A DNA stretch of 63,994 nt, filler included, from Blastocystis sp. subtype 4 (taxonomy: Eukaryota), in NCBI RefSeq assembly GCF_000743755.1. It is 20 parts of 20 records of this genome, joined end to end, with 100 filler letters (N's around TTAATTAATTAA, not from the genome) between each part and the next. Parts side by side here need not be neighbours in the genome. Positions count along the whole stretch, not along the records: positions 1 to 3,204 come from NW_014568947.1; positions 3,305 to 6,374 come from NW_014568946.1; positions 6,475 to 9,516 come from NW_014568945.1; positions 9,617 to 13,463 come from NW_014568944.1; positions 13,564 to 16,575 come from NW_014568943.1; 15 more parts are not named here. The stretch is one strand, 5' to 3'. The position numbers were made by a program, and so were the translations under genes. This document shows positions 1-13,788 of this stretch, piece by piece. Numbering within the stretch: position 1 is the stretch's first letter; every line of letters begins with the position of its first letter. Below the pieces are notes generated by a model that searched no databases, was not told the DNA's origin, and worked only from the letters and a program-made list of their open reading frames with translations.

Positions 1-293
1 CACTCTCCGATTTCATTCTCAATCCTATCAATCTCTATCATGGAATCTATTCCAATCTCAATCCACTCTCATTGCATCTTCAGATCCCTTCCTTGTTGTT
101 CTGGATATCACTTCATTGATCTCTGTCTCAAACCATCTATTCATTCCAACTCAATCACCTCTACAACAACTCAATCAAATCCAATCATGATCTTGTAACT
201 TAGGATGTTATAACATGTAAGGAATCAACTCTTCATTTTGAATACATTATCACCAAATTATAATTATCAACAAACAATCTCCCGCTTAAGCAA

Positions 294-3204
294 TTAAACT
301 TTCACCTGTTTCGCAGAAACCTTCTTTGCTGTTGTCTTGCTCGACTTTGATGACTTCTTACCTTTCACGCCACCTACTACCTTTGCCTTCTTTCCAGTTC
401 TCATAAGGAAGAACACAACAATAGCAACAATCGCTATCACAATAACAACGCCAATAACCAACAATGGAACGGACATACAGAATCCGGAAGCCTTCTGCCA
501 TTCTCCATCAGTAACTCCCAATACACAGGATCGTTTCTGAGTACCCACATAACTGCCCTGAGTAGCACAATCATACTCAGCCACTTTACCAACATCAGTT
601 ACAGGGAACACACCTTCTGCAACACACTGACCCTTTCGCACTTGAATAAACACTGTTGTTCTCGTGGCTCCTGATTCATTCTCAGCATATACAGTGTACG
701 TTGTCAATTCCTGTACACTTGTGGGAACACCTGAGATTTCTCCAGTCTTCTCATTCAGACTCAATCCATCAGGAAGGAACACTCCAGTATCAATGTACCA
801 ACGATCAACAAGATTTCTTACCAAAGGAACTCTTGTAGTCACTTGTGTACCCATCACAAAGTTATAAAGAGATTGAGTGTAACGAGCATTAACTGGAGGC
901 TTCATAGTACATTTATCAGTCTTGACAGGTCCCAACACACCTCCAGAACACTCACGATATGAATATCCACTGTAACCCTCAGGACAAGAAGAAGGAGAGA
1001 TTTGACTTTCACCCACTGAAGGATAGTTGTCAATTGAAGGACACACAGCTCCTGAAGCCTTACAGTAGGCTGTATGAATAGAACCCAAAGTCGTTCCTGT
1101 AGTGCCAGTCACAGTAACCTCCCATCGATATCTACGGAATCCAGCTAGAGCCACAGGAACAGCAATCTGAGGCTTTGTTCGAGAAGTCACAGTCTGATCA
1201 ATAGCACTCAAAATTGTTACCGGTTCATTGGTAGTGTCATCAGGATTGTAGTTAGCAATGATATCAAAGCCCCAAGATGTGACTGTAGATCCTCCAACTA
1301 TGTTAAGTGAGTTCCATTTGCTTCCAACAAGATTCTCAACAGTCCATTCAATATAGGTTCCAATCGTGTTTGGAAGGAATCCAGTAGTGAAAGGATCAAG
1401 ATCCATGATTCCATCAAGAGTACCTGAAGTGGGAGTAGTAGATTCCAGTGAAGAATAAGAATCAACAACAGTAGAACAATCTTCAACTCCAAATACTCCA
1501 GTAGCATCAAACACAACAGGATCAGAAGAAGAACCACTCAAAGGACGATGAATCTCGAAACTGAATACATTACTGCCCTCTTGAATTCCAGCTGTTGCCA
1601 GAATCACATGGAACTTCGAGAACACACTAGCATCATGATCAGTGATCGATAGACTCAAAGAATCGAAATCATCTTCAAGATTGAATCGAGCAACCAGATT
1701 TCCATTCACATAGGCACCCACTCCTCCAGAATACTTCACTCGAACATTCAACACTTGGTAATCATTCAATCCACTCATTGTGAAACTCTTTCGGATATAT
1801 GTTGTGATTGAAGAAGTGGAAGGAATATCAACAGCCTTGTATGTGTTCCAAGTGGAATCATCGAAACTGACAGTATTCCAATCACTTGACACATCACTCT
1901 GTATCACCTTCCAATTCGTGTATTCAATCTGGAAAGGGAAATATGTTGAGAACACAGTTGATACATAGATCGGTTTCGTTCCACTATTCATTTCCATGAT
2001 ATCCAACTCCATCTCTCCCAAGTCAACAGTCAGAGTGTAACCAGCTCCTATACTCCAACCATCTCCATAGGTATCAGATCCTTGTAATGTATAAAGTCCA
2101 TCATTCAAACAGAAATCAACATAGTAATAAGCACTCGATACAGGGAATGAAGATACTGATTGAAGAACAGTTCCTGAGGTTCCTCTTCCCTGATACAGCT
2201 TCCATGAATTCTCAGCCGGAAAACTATCAGCTCTAAAACGAACAGTCATCAGACTCTTGCCATCTGTACAAATTGTAACTGAGAAAGAGATAGTGGCAGT
2301 CACATCTCCTCCACTTATCTTAGTAGCAGTGATGGTGTAGGTTTGAGTAGTACTCTCAGCAGTGGCAGTACCTGAGATCCAACCAGTGTAAGGATCCAAC
2401 ACAATACCAGCAGGAAGAGAAGGATTGATTCTGAAGTTCATGTAATAATCATTATTCTGAGGAATCACTTCAGACATCTCAACATACTTGAATACAGTGA
2501 CTGAAGAATCATAAGTGAAGTTAGGAATATCAGCCAACACATTATCAGCAAACAGATCCAGAGATTGAACATACCAATCACAAGAAGAAGAATCACCAGT
2601 AGCAAAGTTCTCAAACTTGAATTGATTGTAAGGAGTATTGTTAGAGAAATAGATTCTTCTCTTCTGAGCTATGGTAGAATAAGTAAGACCAGTGACTTCC
2701 TTCAGAAGTGTCCATTCATCTGTACCCAAGTTACGACCATACAATTTGAACTGTTTAGCCTGCTTACCACTATGTATTGCTGAATAATAGTTCTGAATTT
2801 GAACAGAACTGATCCATTCACGACGATTGTTTGATAGAGTCAAAGTCAGAGCATTCTCAGTACATGAATAGTAATAGATGTTGGTACTATAATACATATC
2901 AAATGGATTGACTGCAGCTCCATACATTCCAGTAGCTGAAGCTGTGAATTCCCAGATATGAGATTCTGATTGTTCTGATGCCATCAAACGAACAACTGCA
3001 TCGAAATAGGATGTGGTGTAACTGTCAGCAATAGCAACAATGGCAATAGCAATCGTGTTACTTCCAGATTGAAGGAATGTCACTGGACTTGTTACTGTTG
3101 AAGTCTGCATTTGTTTACCTGGAAGAGTCACAACATAGTACTTCAAATCAGTATATGAATTGTCAACAGTGGATGAAGTCGACAAATCTCCAATCACTCC
3201 ATTT
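294..3204 (-). CDS. Large type-I membrane surface protein (galactose-binding-like beta-sandwiches, putative Ig/He_PIG repeats, 4-Cys modules), 5'-truncated
   Basis: 967-aa intronless ORF with P-x-LP-x-G-(I/L)-x-L-(D/N)-xx-TG-x-ISG-x-P/A Ig motifs, Cys modules, a C-terminal hydrophobic helix (LLVIGVVIVIAIVAIVVFFLM) and a Lys-rich tail. TGTTTGTT on the minus strand at 269-276 follows the stop. Confidence 0.8.
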
Positions 3205-3304
3205 NNNNNNNNNNNNNNNNNNNNNNNNNNNNNNNNNNNNNNNNNNNNTTAATTAATTAANNNNNNNNNNNNNNNNNNNNNNNNNNNNNNNNNNNNNNNN
3301 NNNN
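3205..3304. other. Artificial contig linker N44-TTAATTAATTAA-N44 (first of 19)
   Basis: Identical 100-nt spacer with stops in all six frames. The 12-mer starts at 3249, 6419, 9561, 13508, 16620, 19708, 22791, 25842, 28964, 32037, 35072, 39120, 42150, 45679, 48692, 52863, 55872, 58881 and 61885. Confidence 0.99.
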
Positions 3305-3760
3305 TCAAAAGACTTGGTCTAACAGCAATTCGGAAGGTGGCTGAAATTGAGCCGATTTCTGGATTATGGTGGATAGTGAAAACCATGATGAAACATATCG
3401 AAACGAAGTGGAATTCATGGTTTGTTCGTAACTGGGAAGAATAGATTGTGAAGGGAAATAGATTCTGTGAGACAAGATAATAGTACCTAATATGGTTGTG
3501 AGAAAACACTTCATGGAAGTTCAACTCCAGAATACAATAGTTCCTCAAATGAACATGATTTGTTCGAAAGCTGAAAACCGAAAAATGGCTTAGTAATCTC
3601 CGTATCAACAATTAGGCATCAATAACAGAAGAATTAGAATCCAGTGAAGACTAACCAGCGAAGCTTTAATCTAAACTGAATATGTATTTTGGCCCATCCA
3701 TTAGGCAATGGGCGTTATCTCAGTTTTTTTCTGGTTTCCTTATTCTAAATAATATAGAAT

Positions 3761-5717
3761 ATGAATACCGGATTATCTTTTCTGTTATTCTTTTTTCTCC
3801 TTATCTGTTGCTCGTCGTTGGAGTATGAGAATGGTAAATCTTGCTGGATTATCGAAGATGAAGTGTATGTGTTTTTTTTCGTTTTTATTCAATAGGAGGG
3901 ACGTCTGTTTCTATAATAAAAACTTTGTTGATAAACAGAGAGTTAAAGGTGATAGATCTGTTGGCTATAGTATCTATATGAATGTTACTATGAATTACTA
4001 CGAGGATTCTTATTCTATTACAGAATTGGAATATAGTAAAGAGGTTAAGGCACTTGCTGGAAGACCAAATGTAACTGATGCTTACAGTATTGAATCAGAT
4101 TATATGAAGTCGCTTAACGTTCCTTTGAATCACCAGATTGGTGAGGGAAAGGAAAACGATTTTGTTTTGTATGCTGCTATTGATCTGATGAATGCCATGT
4201 ACAACAAAGAATTCCCGGGCGAAAATGTATTGATTTTTGTTATCTCTTATTGATAGTGGGAGTTTTCTGTTGATTCAATTCGTCCAACTCTACTCGATCA
4301 GAAGGATCACTTGGATGCTAGGAGAGTATTTGATCATCTAAAGATAGAGGGTGCTTGTAAAGCTGCTGACTATGAGCGTATTGGTTTCCTGTGTAGAAAA
4401 GTAGAACACGGTGTATTCTGTCTCATTGATAGTATTGCATTGACCATTGGACTCGTATGAAAGATGAAACAAATCAGGATTTGGTTAATCTGCTGAAGAG
4501 TGAGAATGGTACTCCTGTGTATGTTCAGCTGGGATTGAATCCTAACTATGTACAGTTCCATTCACCATCTGCCGAAGATCCCATTACTGCTGGATACTGG
4601 AAACCCTCTTATGCTGGAGTGTTGACTGGTTATGATTTCATGAATGACAAAGAGTTCTGGGAAGTGTACATTCGTCGACACAAATACAGTGACAATGTTA
4701 ACAATAATTATGTGAGGGTGGGTGCTGTCTTTGAGAAGAATGGCGAGGAGGTTAATCCTTTTGCTGGAATTACGAGCATGGCATTTACTGTTAGCGTCAC
4801 GGAGGAGTCTAAAGACCAGAATTTGGTGGAAGGCAAGGAGGTTGTGATTGAAGTGGCAGGTATAGAGGGTGGTACAATTACTACTCTGGAGAAACTTGTG
4901 GAGTTTATGAATGAAACCATTAATAATAGCCAGGAGACTGCTAACCCTATTGCCCCTATGGACAAGATTACTTCAATCATTTTGGATCCACGACCTCTTG
5001 TGAGTTTGGGTGCTCCTGTGGAAATTAAAGAAATATTCCCATCTCTTATCGCTATTAGTATCCCTTATGAAGCTATGGATGTTGTAACTGATGTTTTTGC
5101 TGATTTTTGGGATGTCGAAGAAATCAACTTCTATGATCTAGGGGACACGGGAGGTCGTCGTTTAGCGGGTGAACGTAAGACCCTAACTGTTAAGGGTGCT
5201 GTGAAGAAGCTTTCCTGTGCAGCTAATACGTTCCCCAATTACGATTTGTCTGCAATAGGTAAGAAATGTGACTATCATTGAGATGTAGATTGTCCTAATC
5301 TGGAAACCATCCTAATGCTCTCCAATTCGTTCAAGAATGGTGTGCTTCTCACTGTTGAGAATTGCCCGAAACTAACTCAAATCAACATGGGAAGAGAGTC
5401 ATGGACTGAGACCAGGGGTAAGGGTATTGAGGGTGCAAAGATGACTCTAAAGTGTATGCTTGATGGTGATTATTGAGTTGTAGCACTTCCTGCTCTTGCT
5501 ACATTAGTGTTTGATTATCATGCTGGAGACAATTTCTTATTTGGATACTGGTATAAAGGATGTTGACTTCACATTGATTGAGGATACTGCTTTCAATAGT
5601 CTAAAATCCTATACTTCGAATAGCAACAACCACCCGGATATTGATTACTATTTCTATAACAAGAGTGGTTCACCTACATCTCCTCCAGGACCTACAGATG
5701 ATCCTGTAGTCCCTTAA
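3761..5717 (+). CDS. Secreted hypothetical protein, multi-exon, with C-terminal LRR-like segments
   Basis: ATG at 3761 gives signal-peptide-like MNTGLSFLLFFFLLICCSS. ORF pieces 3825-4253, 4457-5281 and 5511-5717 can be joined through short GT-AG introns. Contains CPNLETI and NCPKLTQINM repeats. Exon boundaries are approximate. Confidence 0.55.
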
Positions 5718-6487
5718 TGTTTCATTATGTACTATACTCCTATGTACTGTTGCTTCTAACAAATAAGAGTGGACACATTTCCATAGATACTGATGAACTG
5801 TTCATATATACTCATATGTATCATTTGTATGTTTCAATATCACTGTTGTGTTACACCACTCCTATTTCTTATTACAATCATATCACTAATAATTCTTTAT
5901 CTCTAGTTTGGATGATTGTGTTATCAGTACATGCCTTGGAGACTCTCACGATTATACAATCATGTCTCGATAATTGTTGAAGTCTAGAGAACCACCTTAA
6001 CTAAATACATTACTTATTCCAAACCATTGATTCCATCTATGAGCACCTCTGTTCAGTCTGCTCCTGTTCAACCAGTCCTATCACCAACACCTATGGATAG
6101 ACCACGTCCTGCTCCTTTCATTCCTTCAACTCCTGTCATTCCTCCTCAACCACTCCAACCAACTACACCTCAACCCACTCCTGAAGCTCAACCAGAAGTG
6201 GAATATGAGTAGAGAATGAGTATTAGAATGAGAGATAGAATCACATCAGATGAACAATCAGTGATGGATGCAATCAGTCGTACAATTGAAATGTTGAGTC
6301 AAGCTCCATTGACAACGGTTTGAAATGATATTGAGAATGATTGATAGCAACAAGATTTGATAGTGAAGAAGGAGNNNNNNNNNNNNNNNNNNNNNNNNNN
6401 NNNNNNNNNNNNNNNNNNTTAATTAATTAANNNNNNNNNNNNNNNNNNNNNNNNNNNNNNNNNNNNNNNNNNNNTAACAAACACTTG

Positions 6488-9400
6488 ATCTAAAGTGATA
6501 AATCTTTGCCATGTATTCTCGAAAGCTCATATCATCTGTATGCAGGAACTTGGCAATATGGTTTCGTAATAGTTGAGGTGACAAGTGTTGTAAGATAGGG
6601 AGACTCTTCACAACCACATCCATAGGATCCTTATGAGAAGGAATCAGATTACACAATACATATCGAGCTTTGGAGGAATACTCAAATACGACTCGAATTG
6701 CAGAGGGAGGATCACGTTTCTGAGTTAATGATAGAGCCAACGACATGCATCCATTGTAGACTGGATCATTCTCCATCCCCACACGCTCTGCTCCAACCCA
6801 CACAAATATCTCTCGCTCAGTATCCAGAACGACCACACAATCACTCATCAGAGCAAGAGTCTCGGGAGGCAACACTCTGAACTCAGGTAATCCATTAGGA
6901 TCCAACTGACCTACAAGTCGAGACTCAAGATAATAAGGAACATCCTTCTCTCCTTCTGCCACAAATCCTGTGTATTTGTAATCCGAATGAGATTCTTGAT
7001 GGATAGATAGTTGCTTTGAGAGTGGAGAAGATACTGGTGGAGGTGAGGATGAGAATGGAGGAGGAATAGGCGGAGGTGAAGAAGGTGGAGGAGGAATAGG
7101 CGGAGGTGAGGTGAGAGCATACACAACCTCCGTATTTGTTGAACGAATATCTGTCAACGAGGGAGTAACTCGATGTAACGACATGACAGGCATGGAAGGG
7201 GTCGGCAAAACAGGTCCACTGCCACCTGGACGATGACTAGGAGATTTGTTGGACGACTGACGGAGATGAGAGGATTGACTGGGAGGAGCAACACAAAGAG
7301 GTACTGAATGGATTCGAGCAAGAGACTTTGTCTCCTCTTTTGATGCAATTGTGAGTTGAGGGAGAATAATTCTCAGAGAATCTTGAAGAGTGGCTGAAGC
7401 AAGACGTAGTCGATGTAATTGGAGCAAATCACCGTTATGAAAACAGTCTCCAAAGAGACAACCACGACGTAGTGAATAGAGATAGAGAGGCAACCGACGT
7501 AGTGAAGGAGGCAACAGACTAGTTGGAGTTGATTCGGAAGAGGGAGTGACAGATGAGGCAGATCGAGTATGACCACCAAAAAGGAATCGAAACCAAGACC
7601 AATGAGAAACAGGTTCTGACACTGATTCCTCAGAGTATTCAATAGGGAAGGAAGCATAAGAGGATGAAGAAGGAACGGAATCAAATGGATCAATGATAGT
7701 CGTTATATCTCCTTGAGAGAGTGTACGAGTGTATGAATAGAAACTGGAATAGGAAGTGGACATAGTGAGAGGAGAAGTGACTGGAGGAGACGTTGATACT
7801 GGAGGAGGTGATGGAGGAGGAGAAGATGGTAGTTCTGTGATATATGGAGAATAATAAGCCTTGTAATACTTAAGAAAGAATCAATCCCAATCTTCACACT
7901 CTCTGTAACCTCTGTAGAAGTACTCAACTATTTCTCATTTCATTCATTCATTCTTACATCACTGCACACATCCTTTGCAATCAACACACTAGTCACACAT
8001 CCATCAATACTTCCTAAGAACAGATTGCGATCTGATGTATATTCCAATTGTAATGTCTGACAACGAGTCACAAATCGATCCTGATGAACGTCTTGAAAAC
8101 GAATCTCTGCTTGAATCTACTCTTCATTGTCTATTATCTTCCTTACTGGGATATATGTGTGTTTCTTTCTGTTTACTGCACTTAGAAGGATTGATACAGC
8201 TGTAGATGCAGTACTACGTCCCAGTTCTATCCGTACAATAGAATGATGTGCACCAATTTGTACAGATGAACTCATAAAGGTTCCTAAGATTCGATCCACT
8301 TCTAATCCCTTTCCAACATATACTACTAGCGTAGCCATCGAACATACAGGTTGAAGAGCATGCAATACACAGTTTATGAAGTCACTCTGAAACGAATCTG
8401 AAAGTAACAGAATATGACCTCCAAGAGGAGAAATGAAAGACTAAAACTGAAAGAGAGATGTTTGTGGAATACTTTGAGGATATGAATCTTATTGTAAACA
8501 CAACCAGCAATAAACAGATCCAATATGATATGATTCTTATAGCAGAAAGATCTTTGATGAATTATCTCTTTTTGAATCAGTCTTTCCTATTCCTAAATCT
8601 CTTCGTTCACACGTACTGCATCATCTTGTTGGAGATATGGATCTGAAGGCAAATCATAGAAGAAGGATTGAGAACAAATCACCACTTCAGCACTAGCAAA
8701 ACCTTGTGTTGACAATAACAACTGAGCATATCTGGTTGCTGCTAGAAATGTGATCATGGAGATTGCATTCACTCTACTGTTCATTCCTCGTTTCATTCCT
8801 CACTTGTCATCCTTTGATGTGAAAGTTGATATGAGGTCGAGAAGATGTGATTCATGTCCACGCAATGGACACAAATAACTTGCATATTCAAGAGAACTAT
8901 CAGCTAAACGATCACTTCCAAGTCGCTCATGACGACGAATATAGGCTTCATCCTAATTGTTATGCATTGAATAAGAGTATACTGATGCAGAAGGCAAGTG
9001 AGAACCACAATACACATCTGCTTCTCCTACACGACCTTCCAACTCATAAATCTCAATCACATCTCCAAAAACAATCAAACCCACATAGAGATCAGAGAGA
9101 GAAGAGTCATTGAGAAGGAGACTTAAGGATTCTGTAAGATGGACAAAGTGACTTGCACTCAAAGACTTATCAATGAGAAATAACAACGCTCGTGATTCAG
9201 ATACAGGAGAATAGAGAGTATTCACATCACTTGCAGTCGTTAGATACTCCACTGTTGTTGATTCACTGTTCCACTCTGGATAGACAGATCTCAGATCCAC
9301 AGATTTGTTCCTATCTACATATTCGGGACTTGAGTTGATGGTTTCACAGAAAGCACATTTCCAGTTTCCATTTGATTCCACTTTACTCAAATTTGATGAA

Positions 9401-9516
9401 ATTGCCTCACAACGATCGCAACGGATTGGATGTTGCTCCTTTCGAAGACATCCTCGTGGTAAAACAACAAATGGTTGGAAAATGAATCCAACAGGGAGCG
9501 GAAAGTCATTGAATAT
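6488..9516 (-). CDS. Sec23/Sec24-family protein (Zn finger, trunk/VWA, gelsolin-like), 5'-truncated
   Basis: CDRC...WKCAFC Zn finger, LLFLIDKS VWA start and C-terminal VVVLDTEREIFVWVG gelsolin-like segment with ARY..CNLIPSHKD. Multiple short introns. The stop is probably made by polyadenylation at 6488. Confidence 0.8.
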
Positions 9517-9881
9517 NNNNNNNNNNNNNNNNNNNNNNNNNNNNNNNNNNNNNNNNNNNNTTAATTAATTAANNNNNNNNNNNNNNNNNNNNNNNNNNNN
9601 NNNNNNNNNNNNNNNNTAGCCATTTTCCTTTTGATCAAGAAAAGTCTGGACGCAACAATGAACGCCACAATCAACAATATTATTGGATGAACCAATTATA
9701 CACCAATCATTTCTTGAGATAGAATCTGTTTGTCGAAGTGTCAAGAAATACAATTATTGTTTTACTATCGAAGATGTGTGATTGCTTTCGTCGCATCTTA
9801 TGATTTCCAGAATAAAAAGTACAGTACAACTCATTCTCTCCCCAAACAAACATAGCAAAATAACGTTTTCATCCCATTCCT

Positions 9882-12348
9882 TTATGCAGTATCAACTGCA
9901 TCACCAGGTGAAGTCACACTATTGTCCTCCTTCGCATACTCCACAACCAACTTCCTTCCAAGCAAGTGAGTACTTCCAAGGGCCTTCACAGCTGTCTTAG
10001 CATCATCACTAGATAGGTACTCGACAAACACGAAACCACGAGAAGTTCCATCGAACTTCTTCGGCAAACGCAATGACTTCAACTGACCAAATGATCCGAA
10101 CAATTCTCGCAACTCATTTCGTGTCGCTTCGAATGGGATATTCCGTACCATCAACTTTGTTCGTTTCTCTTCGTTGTCTAGCGTCGTCACCTTTCGTTTC
10201 TTCGTTGTAACAGCCTCCTTTCGTGCTGAGAATTTGAGTTGCAGAATGTGACCATCCAATGCTTTCCCATTGAAACGATTCAATGCTTTCAATGCCTGCT
10301 GACGAGTTTCATATACAACGAAGCCAAAACCCATAGGCAGCAACTCTCCATTGGGTCCCTTCTTCTTCGGGATTGTGACGACTCTCAATCCATCCACCTG
10401 GCCAAAAAACTTGCGTACTGTCTCTTCCGTTGACGACCAGTTCAGATTCTTGATATACAGAGTTGAACTATCAGAGTCATCTCCAATAGTGACTTCACTT
10501 GATTGGTCTCGCTTTTGAGATTGCGAAGTTGGGTTAAGCTCTACTGGTGCTTCTTCTGGAACTGTTTCAACAGTTTCCTCCATAGTAGTCTTCCTCTCTG
10601 AACCCTCCTTCCATAGATCCATAGGGAGATACTCCAGATACAATGGTGTGTGCTGATACTTACGATAACTTAGGTGATTGAATGCACGTTTTGCCTCTGA
10701 AGGAACCGTGAAATACACTAGAGCCATTACACTACATATCACTCTCCCTTCCTGGATCTACTGAGATTCTGGCATCACAAGTTTCTCCACTTGACCATAC
10801 TGCGAGAACAACTCCAACAATTCTTTCTGATCTGCACCATAAGGCAGATTCTTCACAAGAATAATCTTCTCGCTTCGTACCACTTTCTCACCTCGAGCCA
10901 CAGCCTATAAGTCACACTCCTCTTTAATTCTCACTTCCAACACATCTAACCGAATCTCCTGGCTTTCCAACCATTTCTTCGTATCTTCAATTACTTCTGT
11001 TTCAGCTAAAGCAACGCGAACAGCCATATTTCCCGTCTCGACGTCTAATATATCAGATGCTTTCACTCCCAGCTTGTGAGTGATCACATCCATCACTGTC
11101 GTGTTGTTCAAATACATACTGTTCCATGAACTAGTATTATGAATCTCTTCAAGTCGCTTATTCAAATACTTTTCTCCCTTATACGTATGTGCTCGTCGAA
11201 CTATTCATTTCAAACCATCATCTACCATACCCATCTTCTTGTATTCTTCTTTCTTCACATTGGCAATTGATACTGACAAAACACGACCTTGAAATACACT
11301 CTGATTCATTTTCTAGAGTCCACACATTTTATCATTCATACCTCAAAGGCAGTAATTGCTTGTTCAGGGAACATGAATGTTACAAAACAATACCCCTTAC
11401 TCTCTCGCTTGGAATTCAAAGGAATAAATACATCTGTGATCTCACCAAACCGTTTAGCATATTCCTTGATTTCCTCTTCGGTACATGAGTACGGAAGATT
11501 GCGGATAAATAAACGACCTTCTTCAATCACATCATCAACATCAGAATCTTCCACTGGTTTCACTTCTTCATTCTTCTCTTCCTCTGAAGAGTCACTTTCA
11601 TCACTCTCTTCATCACTGTTCACATTCCTAAGCTGACTTTGCAGATCCACTACTTTTTCTGTTGCTGGTTCTTCAGGAATGTCTTGGTACTCATCAGAAT
11701 CCGCGTCACTCTCTTCATCCGAATTCACTACTATCACAATTTCATCGTAATCTTACTGGCTGCCGTCACTTCGTCATTTCTCCATGTCTTCTTTGTAGTT
11801 CGGCTCTTCATAACATTCAAGAACTCCTGAAGCTCTTGGGCTATGAATCATACACATCAACCTATCCTACCCTTTTTCTTTCTCTCTTCCTCCTTTTCCA
11901 AATCCTCCTCTGAGTTGGCACCTTCACCTTGAGCAACGTTCGCTTTGGATTGCTTGTTCATCGTTTTCGCCTCCTCGGGATGTTTTCTCATATAGGCAGA
12001 ACTACCTTTTGAGTACTTGCTCCAGGGACGAGAAGTCACAGCTCCTTTCTACCGATTGATCACGAAACAAATAACTACAGCCTCTGCTATTTCAACTTGC
12101 AGTTTCGATGTATCAAGATAGGTATTGTTGAAGAAGGCTTGAGCCTCTTTTGCTTCCTCTTCACTTTTGTAGCCGATGAATCCAATATGACGCGTTACTC
12201 CACTGATACGTTATCATGACAAACTCAATAACTACTTCTTCTTCAGAATCTTGACATCCGTCACAACGCCTTTCTGAGAGAAGTGCTTCTTCAAACGATC
12301 TTCTGTTATATGTTTGGGTAAGTTCTTCACGAAAAGACGAGAACTCAT
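9882..12348 (-). CDS. RBM19: Multi-RRM ribosome biogenesis protein RBM19/MRD1
   Basis: Starts [11 protein letters not shown]. Contains [33 protein letters not shown] and [37 protein letters not shown], all typical of MRD1. Confidence 0.92.
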
Positions 12349-12659
12349 CACAAGTCAAGAAGAAGAATGGGATTTGGGAGTTTTCAAAGAGTGGCTGGTT
12401 TCAAATGAAAGTGAATGAGTGGTTTGGATTTAGGTTTCGTTCGTTATCCATAATCGTTAGTATCGATGAATGAAGTTCTTTCTCTATTTCTGGTGTCATT
12501 TTTCCTTTAATAATTTATTGAATGTTCTCAAAACTGATCAATTTGGATTGGTATTTGAAACCGGGGTATTGGTTTTCGTCGCATCTTACGATCTAATAAT
12601 TGTTTGTTTCATAGGAGTATATTAGTGGTTTAATTTGCTGATTACTGTTATTCTTCACA

Positions 12660-13463
12660 ATGGATACTGCTTCAAGAAGTACTCGGACTGAGTCTAGTAT
12701 GGAAGAATCAGTAGATTATGTGATTGTGATGAGCCTTGATCGTTCAAGCAGTTCCTCCAAGGTAAGATCAGAAACGTATGTTAAGAGTAGATTCCTATTT
12801 CTGCGTTGAATTGGTTGCTTGCAGGTGTTGGATACAGCATATCTTTGATGTGTAGATTGTCATAGTGGTAAAATCCTTTATCAAAGCGAAGTCTTGTTCT
12901 CTGAAAGTGAACGACATTGGGTAGATTCTATATCCTTGTGATACAATAATGGAAATTGTTGGATTCTTAACAATATAGGTAGTTGCTTTTTCGAATGCTC
13001 TTAGTGACATCCAAAACCGTTATCAATGTTATGTGTCGTCATCACATCCTACATCATATGTGGTTCTTCCAGATGAAGAGAATGCGTATCTACTGAAAGA
13101 GTGTTTCGTTCGTTTGGGACTTCGTCTTCCTTCATTTCTATTCCGGGTATATCTTCTGTACACGGAGTTTTCGTTGTACTCTGAGCGTTCAGCCCTACGA
13201 TATCCAGTGACTCCTTCACTTGAGTTCATTCTTCACGTATGTAACGGAAGAGATCCGAACTATCGAGGAATCGATCGTTGTGTGGATATCGAACAAGCAT
13301 TATTCTCTCTTCTTAGCAAAGGACATCATCTGAATTCTAGTTCGTTGTTACTCTTGTATGGGCAGGATCAAACTTCTGGGAGTTGGTCAGAAGAGTCAAA
13401 TCGACGTCATCGTTCTCTGGATGCAACAGAAGGAGAGTTTGTTCCAAGTCTACTTCAATCATC
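12660..13463 (+). CDS. Hypothetical protein, multi-exon, 3'-truncated
   Basis: ATG at 12660, short GT-AG introns and an open frame 13033-13463 running into the linker. No family recognised. Confidence 0.45.
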
Positions 13464-13563
13464 NNNNNNNNNNNNNNNNNNNNNNNNNNNNNNNNNNNNN
13501 NNNNNNNTTAATTAATTAANNNNNNNNNNNNNNNNNNNNNNNNNNNNNNNNNNNNNNNNNNNN

Positions 13564-13766
13564 TTCGCAAACTCTCTCAATTGATTCTGGATAAGAAGCT
13601 GAATGCCAGTTTAGATCAGGGAAGAGGATTGTTGGTCATGCTTCCTCCTCCTGAGGAACATGTAATTGCTATGAAAGCTGTAGAGACAATTGATATGTTA
13701 AATGAGGTTGTGGATGCGTTGAAAACAAGGGCCGAGGTTTATAATGCCAAATTGCAGGAGATATGA
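13564..13766 (+). CDS. RPN6: 26S proteasome subunit RPN6/PSMD11, C-terminal fragment
   Basis: KLSQLILDKKLNASLDQGRGLLV...AVETIDMLNEVVDAL matches the RPN6 PCI-domain C-terminus. TGTTTGTT at 13775-13782. Confidence 0.85.
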
Positions 13767-13788
13767 GGATGGGTTGTTTGTTGATAAT

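Noticed and set aside
3249..3260. Recurring TTAATTAATTAA palindrome flanked by Ns, spaced every 3-4 kb
   Set aside because: Synthetic six-frame-stop linker used to concatenate contigs. It is not a biological repeat or CRISPR, and ORFs ending in X...LIN or N are artefacts.
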